Virus record (IMG/VR): IMGVR_UViG_3300048889_000033
Strand: one strand, 5' to 3'
Source of the DNA: an uncultured virus (IMG/VR IMGVR_UViG_3300048889_000033)
Lineage: Duplodnaviria; Heunggongvirae; Uroviricota; Caudoviricetes
DNA length: 20,000 bases
The notes under the pieces were generated by a model. It did not search any database. It was given only the letters and a program-made list of their open reading frames with translations, and was not told where the DNA came from. The translations under genes and the position numbers were made by a program. Below, piece by piece: positions 15,464 to 20,000 of this stretch (the stretch's first letter is position 1; every line of letters starts with the position of its first letter).

Positions 15464-15479
15464 AAACTGAGACACTACC
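15464..15479 (-). repeat. Right terminal inverted repeat
   Basis: AAACTGAGACACTACC. Confidence 0.9.
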
Positions 15480-15502
15480 TAAGCTTTGGAGATTTGGAAA
15501 AT

Positions 15503-15531
15503 AAAAAAGCCCCGGTTTATCAGGCCGGGGC
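15503..15531 (-). terminator. Intrinsic terminator, minus strand
   Basis: GCCCCGG/CCGGGGC 7-bp stem (15509-15515/15525-15531); A6 at 15503-15508 gives a U-tract on the minus strand. Confidence 0.65.
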
Positions 15532-15608
15532 GGTAAATCCATGTATCACCTTGTTCCGGTATCACCACCGGCTTGGAGTAAAGATAAAAAATATTTCGGA
15601 AAATAAAA

Positions 15609-15640
15609 TTTGGTAGTTTCGGTATACTTGTATACTTTCG
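15609..15640 (+). promoter_or_regulatory. Bacteroidota-type promoter with overlapping tandem GTATACTT repeats (putative operator)
   Basis: TTTG 15609-15612, then TACTTTCG 15633-15640; GTATACTT at 15622-15629 and 15630-15637; ATG at 15645. Confidence 0.5.
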
Positions 15641-15644
15641 GGAA

Positions 15645-15824
15645 ATGAAAGGAGAAAAGAAATACAGAATAATAAAAGTAGACCCCGAATTGCATCAAGC
15701 GGTTAAAACTTATTGTGCTAAAGAGGGCGAACTTATACAAGACTTTTGTGGCAGAAGCATTTTTAAAGGACTCCCCACTCCTCTTCAAGTTGAAATCGTA
15801 AAAAAACAAAGGAAAGCAAGATGA
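15645..15824 (+). CDS. Ribbon-helix-helix DNA-binding protein (59 aa); missed by the ORF track
   Basis: MKGEKKYRIIKVDPELHQAVKTYCAKEGELIQDFCGRSIFKG... shows the RHH strand-helix-G-helix pattern; ATGA-coupled to 15821. Confidence 0.7.
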   Translation: MKGEKKYRIIKVDPELHQAVKTYCAKEGELIQDFCGRSIFKGLPTPLQVEIVKKQRKAR

Positions 15825-16045
15825 AACTAATCCAATACATAACCAATTTGCCTATATGGCTCCGTTTCGTTGGATTTGCCATCTTCATGGGCGCTCAAAC
15901 CTATTCTTCTTTTACGCTCCTACTTTCTCTTTTTACATACCATAGTAATGCATTCGCATTGATGGGAGCCTTCTGCGCCTTATGGCTATTCGATGTGGCT
16001 CTTGGCGGAGTTCTTTTATATAAACTTAAACTGTTTGTGAAATGA
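15821..16045 (+). CDS. Small 2-TM membrane protein
   Basis: 74-aa hydrophobic ORF, translationally coupled on both sides. Confidence 0.6.
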   Translation: MKLIQYITNLPIWLRFVGFAIFMGAQTYSSFTLLLSLFTYHSNAFALMGAFCALWLFDVALGGVLLYKLKLFVK

Positions 16046-16314
16046 AGGCGTTTCAATACATAATTATCTTTGCTTTACTTAATTTCCAGCAGAGAACGTA
16101 TAAGATAGTAGAGGTAATCCCCAACTGCAAGTGTATCTGTACTTGTGTAATAACTATTAAAGACAATACAGGCAGCAAATTTGAGTTTCTTTACATCCCG
16201 TCGAATAGTGGCTTGGCTGCGCCGCCCGTAGGCGCTACGATCAAACTACTCAAGGATTCATCTTTTATTTATAAAGGTAAAATCTATACACCATGCGGAT
16301 CGTTCGGTTATTAG
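16042..16314 (+). CDS. Hypothetical exported protein (90 aa)
   Basis: N-terminal hydrophobic segment, CKCICTC cluster, ATGA coupling. Confidence 0.55.
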   Translation: MKAFQYIIIFALLNFQQRTYKIVEVIPNCKCICTCVITIKDNTGSKFEFLYIPSNSGLAAPPVGATIKLLKDSSFIYKGKIYTPCGSFGY

Positions 16315-16745
16315 TCATTATACTCTTTGCTTTGGTTTCTGTGTTTTTCGGATGCCAGCAAAATCCAACCAATGTTGGTAGCGTTGGATATGTGAAATCT
16401 CAGGATGAGCTATATAATGATACAGCCCATCATTATATGTGGATAACACTAAATACTACACTTGATTCAGTTACCCGCGCAGTTGCGCATCGGCAGTTCG
16501 AGCATTATCAAGGGCTGAGAATGGCTGAAGTTAAAAAGCATCTTATCGCAGCGGGTTATGGCGAGTGGCTAAAATGTGATTCCTTGGAATGTGAACAAAG
16601 GAGGATTGAAGATTCGATAACAAATAGCAGAAAGAAGACCCGCAAAAGTAAAAAGAATTACGATACGCCCCACTTTAAAACTTCCGGCAAAAATTCTCCC
16701 GTTATCATTGGTGGCGGGGATGTTAAAATTCAATACAATGATTAA
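16293..16745 (+). CDS. Putative lipoprotein (150 aa)
   Basis: MRIVRLLVIILFALVSVFFG|C lipoprotein-like signal. Confidence 0.6.
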   Translation: MRIVRLLVIILFALVSVFFGCQQNPTNVGSVGYVKSQDELYNDTAHHYMWITLNTTLDSVTRAVAHRQFEHYQGLRMAEVKKHLIAAGYGEWLKCDSLECEQRRIEDSITNSRKKTRKSKKNYDTPHFKTSGKNSPVIIGGGDVKIQYND

Positions 16746-17232
16746 AATATTCTCCCTCATACTACTCGTTACCTTCTGGATGGGATGCAAAAACGAATCC
16801 TATCCAACCATACACCGAATAGTCTACGGCCTTCCGGATACAATAAGTGCGTGCAGTTGCTTTGTGCGTGACACGCTTCATTATGGCTATAACGATACAA
16901 CTAAACGTGTAGAATATTTCACCGATTCAATCTACTATAAAAGATGTTCAAACGGGCATGAAGAAGAAGCGGGAGAAACTTTATACTTTGATGAGGCGAT
17001 ACAAGATGATCATACGCCACCTAACTATACCGAAGATAGCTTTAAACACGCATGCGACGCTGTTATGGCCGACATGCATAAAAGAGGATTTGCAGACAGT
17101 AATATTATATTTGTAGGAGGCGGCCTTGGGGATGTCGGCGGTCATAAAAACGCGTCAGCCACATCAGCAAGATGGACGAAAGCCATTAAAGAAGCAATGG
17201 ATAAACAGGATTCAATAAAACATCACAAATGA
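16738..17232 (+). CDS. Putative lipoprotein (likely start ATG 16738)
   Basis: MIKIFSLILLVTFWMG|CKNE lipoprotein-like signal. Confidence 0.6.
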   Translation: MIKIFSLILLVTFWMGCKNESYPTIHRIVYGLPDTISACSCFVRDTLHYGYNDTTKRVEYFTDSIYYKRCSNGHEEEAGETLYFDEAIQDDHTPPNYTEDSFKHACDAVMADMHKRGFADSNIIFVGGGLGDVGGHKNASATSARWTKAIKEAMDKQDSIKHHK

Positions 17233-17984
17233 AGCTAGAAATAAACGGTCCAAAACTTGTCATCGCAGGCGTTGTCCTTGTTGGATTGATCTGGTTATTC
17301 AGCAGGGGATGTGGTGGGGGCAATAGCGCAGCCCTAACAGCGGCTAACAACAAAGCTGATAGCGCCATAGCCGCCAGCGCCTATGCTCGTCAAGAAGCAG
17401 CAAAGAAAGATGATACGTTACGCATGAGAGGCGACACTATCCGGCAACTGTTAATTAATAATGAAGCTTTCGCAGAAGAAACAAACAAGGCCTATGATGC
17501 CGCTGCAAATGCGCAAGACAAAACAAAACAATTTCAGAATAAATATGAGACAGCCCGTAAGCAACTCGACACGGTTCTCGCTCTGGCCTCATGTGATAGC
17601 CTCACTCTCGCCATCGTACGCGAACGAATCAAAGCAACCGCAGCTCAAAAAGCTTGCAAAGACCAAATCAATGGACTTGGCGATCTCCTCAGTCAAAAAA
17701 ACAAAGACATAGGAACCCTTACACGGCAAGTGCAGGCGCTAAGACAACCGGCCAACATCGTAAGTGACGCCCTACACGCTGTAAAGGCAGCCACAAAAGA
17801 ACCATGGATAAAAGGCTATGTCGGCGCATCTGTAATGGGTAATCAAACGAGTTTTGGATTTGGGCCCGATGTGACGTTGTTGTTCAAAAGAGGGGTTATG
17901 GTAAGAGGTGGGGCGCTTTTGATGGGGAGTCAGGTGATGGGAGTGGTAGGGGTCTCGAAATTATTGAGTTTTAAAAAGAAATAG
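17229..17984 (+). CDS. Spanin-like protein: N-terminal TM/lipobox, long coiled coil, C-terminal amphipathic beta strands
   Basis: LVIAGVVLVGLIWLFSRGC, then an Ala/Lys/Gln-rich helix, then WIKGYVGASVMG..SFGFGPDVTLLFK.GVMVRGGALL..QVMGVVGVSKLLSF. Confidence 0.55.
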   Translation: MKLEINGPKLVIAGVVLVGLIWLFSRGCGGGNSAALTAANNKADSAIAASAYARQEAAKKDDTLRMRGDTIRQLLINNEAFAEETNKAYDAAANAQDKTKQFQNKYETARKQLDTVLALASCDSLTLAIVRERIKATAAQKACKDQINGLGDLLSQKNKDIGTLTRQVQALRQPANIVSDALHAVKAATKEPWIKGYVGASVMGNQTSFGFGPDVTLLFKRGVMVRGGALLMGSQVMGVVGVSKLLSFKKK

Positions 17985-17985
17985 G

Positions 17986-18234
17986 ATGTTTGAGGTTATT
18001 TGTATCAAGCAAGGAAAATGGGAAGCGGACGATGGCGCAGACAGTGTTGGCCCTAAGTATGGAGAAGTTTGTACGGTAATCGATGTAAGAAAAGAACGCT
18101 ATTATGTTCTTAAAGAGTATCAATTTAACCCGTTTGATGGAGCAAGAGATGCGTTCTTAAAGAAATGGTTTATTCCCCTTTCCTCCATAGACGAAACAGA
18201 AATGGAGAGAAACTATAAAACTGAAAAGGTATGA
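17986..18234 (+). CDS. Hypothetical phage protein (82 aa)
   Basis: Tightly packed ORF in the operon. Confidence 0.6.
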   Translation: MFEVICIKQGKWEADDGADSVGPKYGEVCTVIDVRKERYYVLKEYQFNPFDGARDAFLKKWFIPLSSIDETEMERNYKTEKV

Positions 18235-18464
18235 CAAAGAGGCAATTAGAACGACAGATGAAAACCAAAATAAGCACTTTGTGTAACGCTTTTTATAAAG
18301 AAGTAGCCGAATGGGATAGAGCCGAACTGGAAACCGCCATAGGCGAAGTAAACAAATACAGTGCCACCAATTGCGGATGGATAGAATTCCACATGGCCCC
18401 TGGATTACGCGCCTTATTCCATAATCGGCTACACGATATAACACCTATCTTTAAATCAAAATAG
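18231..18464 (+). CDS. Hypothetical phage protein (77 aa)
   Basis: ATGA-coupled ORF. Confidence 0.6.
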   Translation: MTKRQLERQMKTKISTLCNAFYKEVAEWDRAELETAIGEVNKYSATNCGWIEFHMAPGLRALFHNRLHDITPIFKSK

Positions 18465-18472
18465 TAATTAAT

Positions 18473-18691
18473 ATGTCAAAAGGAGCAATAATGATAACCC
18501 TTATCGTAGCCGGTATCGGTATAGGTATCTTGGGTTGGGCGCAAGCTGAATCAGTCCATGTCGCAGAGATAAAACCATTATCGGAAGCCATCCGTGTAGC
18601 TAACATTTGGATGTATGTAGGTATCGGAGGCGCGGTAATGATTGCAATTGGCTTAGCCCTGCTGGCAGCAGGATGGGGGAGGGGCAAATGA
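18473..18691 (+). CDS. Small 2-TM membrane protein (72 aa)
   Basis: Two hydrophobic segments; operon packing. Confidence 0.6.
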   Translation: MSKGAIMITLIVAGIGIGILGWAQAESVHVAEIKPLSEAIRVANIWMYVGIGGAVMIAIGLALLAAGWGRGK

Positions 18692-18825
18692 TAGGAGGGT
18701 TCGATATGGTGCCAAAATGGTTCTGGAACCTAATGTGGGTATTAGCCGGAATGGAATCTGTTGGCATTGTACTCCGTGCCATTAAAGGGTTTATTTGGCT
18801 TATTCATCAATTTAAAGCTCACTGA
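18688..18825 (+). CDS. Small membrane protein (likely start ATG 18688)
   Basis: ATGA-coupled to the previous gene and TGATG-coupled to the next. Confidence 0.5.
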   Translation: MIGGFDMVPKWFWNLMWVLAGMESVGIVLRAIKGFIWLIHQFKAH

Positions 18826-19268
18826 TGCTCCTTCCTTCTACCATATACGCTCTTGCGACTATCTTGCTATCCTTTATTGAGGCTGTGCGCTTCAAAATAA
18901 AGTGGGGTAAGGTTGATAATATTAATCATGCAGTTAGTAGGGGATTGGCGATAATAACAGGAAGCATTGTCGGCGCGGGGTGGTTATGGTATAATCATAT
19001 TCGACTTTCATGGTGGGCGCTTTTGAGTATTTTGCTAATTAGCGTGGCTTTCATCGGTATCCGGCTCGCTCTTTACGACCCGCTGTTGAACCTCTTCAGA
19101 CTTTGGACCGGCACCAACCCTACCCGTAAGATAGACTACGTCTCCAGCGCCACAAACGATTACGAAGACCAACACAGCGAGAAATTACCTTTTTGGGCGA
19201 AGCGGGCCATGGGTGCTGTAGGTTGGTTGGTGATGTTTTTATTATATAAGGTAATATTCAAAGTATGA
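18825..19268 (+). CDS. Multi-pass membrane protein (147 aa)
   Basis: About 4 hydrophobic segments. Confidence 0.65.
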   Translation: MLLPSTIYALATILLSFIEAVRFKIKWGKVDNINHAVSRGLAIITGSIVGAGWLWYNHIRLSWWALLSILLISVAFIGIRLALYDPLLNLFRLWTGTNPTRKIDYVSSATNDYEDQHSEKLPFWAKRAMGAVGWLVMFLLYKVIFKV

Positions 19269-19459
19269 CAGAAGCAGAAATAGCGCAATTGGATAGACTA
19301 CTATTACAGTTGAGTATGGAGATAGGCCACCGCTTTTGCATTATTCCTCGTGCCTTTCATGACGGGGTTCAATTAGGTATCTATGATGAGTATGGTAATC
19401 CGGGACGACAAGTTACAGCGCCTACGTTAAAAGAAGCAATTGAAAAAATTAAAGCATGA
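19265..19459 (+). CDS. Hypothetical phage protein (64 aa)
   Basis: ATGA-coupled ORF. Confidence 0.55.
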   Translation: MTEAEIAQLDRLLLQLSMEIGHRFCIIPRAFHDGVQLGIYDEYGNPGRQVTAPTLKEAIEKIKA

Positions 19460-19674
19460 AGAAAGCGATCCCAACGATACTGCTTTGCTTAGGCATCTGC
19501 GCCGGCTCTTTCATTGGCCAATATATCGGGTCTGCTTCTTTACGGAGCCAAATTAACGGATGGGCTATAAATCATGGAGAGCGTGGATGGTATTTTGTCT
19601 ATCATGAAGGATTGCCAGTTGCTATGTTTCCAACTAAAACAGAAGCCAATAACTATATAATTAAACATAAATGA
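19456..19674 (+). CDS. Small protein with N-terminal hydrophobic segment (72 aa)
   Basis: ATGA-coupled; begins MKKAIPTILLCLGICAGSFIG. Confidence 0.55.
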   Translation: MKKAIPTILLCLGICAGSFIGQYIGSASLRSQINGWAINHGERGWYFVYHEGLPVAMFPTKTEANNYIIKHK

Positions 19675-19871
19675 AGCCCAAAAAGACATTCACTCGTTTT
19701 GATAAAACAGTTATAATATTCAATACTGTTTTCTTCTCAGCATTGGGTGCATTTGCTATGTGGCGCGGGGAGTATTGGTTATTAAAATGCTGGTTTACGG
19801 TAAAAGTAGTTGTATGGGTATGGAATTTTGTCTCTGAAATTTATAATGATAAATCGCTAATCGAACCATGA
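19671..19871 (+). CDS. Small membrane protein (66 aa)
   Basis: ATGA-coupled, hydrophobic. Confidence 0.55.
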   Translation: MKPKKTFTRFDKTVIIFNTVFFSALGAFAMWRGEYWLLKCWFTVKVVVWVWNFVSEIYNDKSLIEP

Positions 19872-20000
19872 AACCCCTTCTCCTCATACTCCTTCCTTTC
19901 TTCTCCTTCGCTCAGGCTACTACTTATGAACCAGGAGATAGCACATGGATTACCAGTTCGGATACAGGGAAGGTGAAGGTGTATAAAATCACCGACGTAC
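19868..20000 (+). CDS. Exported protein, 5' part (runs off the window)
   Basis: MKPLLLILLPFFSFA|QATTYEPGDSTWITSSDTGK...; ATGA-coupled. Confidence 0.55.
   Translation, partial: MKPLLLILLPFFSFAQATTYEPGDSTWITSSDTGKVKVYKITDV

Larger units (their letters stand above)
13376..15479. mobile_element. IS1-family insertion sequence carrying passenger genes (2104 bp)
   Basis: Perfect 16-bp TIRs GGTAGTGTCTCAGTTT (13376-13391) and AAACTGAGACACTACC (15464-15479), starting GGT as IS1 ends do. They enclose a DDE transposase, an SGNH esterase and a small KGG protein. Confidence 0.85.

Noticed and set aside
13374..15481. TA duplication suggesting an IS630/Tc1-type element
   Set aside because: The transposase motifs and GGT-starting TIRs are IS1-like; a 2-bp match in AT-rich flanks is weak.
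15428..15809. ORFs 15428-15616 (+) and 15546-15809 (-)
   Set aside because: The first crosses the IS end and a terminator; the second is antisense to the better-supported RHH gene.
17461..17712. Nested out-of-frame ORF in the spanin-like gene as a possible o-spanin (Rz1)
   Set aside because: No hydrophobic signal, no lipobox and no Cys.
1..20000. CRISPR array, tRNA/rRNA, diversity-generating retroelement or invertible fibre cassette
   Set aside because: No regular repeat-spacer array, cloverleaf, reverse transcriptase, recombinase or TR/VR-like pair was seen by eye.

Overview
Late-gene region of a tailed phage or prophage, most likely of a Bacteroidota host. The host call rests on signal peptides ending in A/G|Q, TAnnTTTG-type promoters and AT-rich translation starts. 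Left to right, on + unless noted: a PurD-like ATP-grasp ligase; two small putative virion genes; and a fibre/spike module. That module holds a 1040-aa SGNH-containing fibre, a 381-aa fibre, an inserted HNH endonuclease, a 118-aa beta protein, a tail-collar fibre and a 1030-aa clan GH-A glycosidase. Next is a membrane/lysis cluster with several holin-like genes, a stand-alone FixL-like PAS protein and an unannotated acidic Gly/Pro peptide gene. A 2104-bp IS1-family element (13376-15479, 16-bp perfect TIRs) follows, carrying a transposase, a structured leader, an SGNH esterase cargo gene and a small basic KGG protein. Last is an RHH-led operon of small membrane proteins and lipoproteins, including a spanin-like protein. 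The most unusual signals are (i) a putative haem/O2-sensing PAS domain between holin-like genes, (ii) fibre-like proteins with Sec signal peptides enriched in the Bacteroidota O-glycosylation sequon, (iii) a peptide plus 4-TM protein pair, and (iv) the cargo-carrying IS1 with twin promoters and a switch-like leader RNA. All family calls come from motif recognition by eye; no searches were run.
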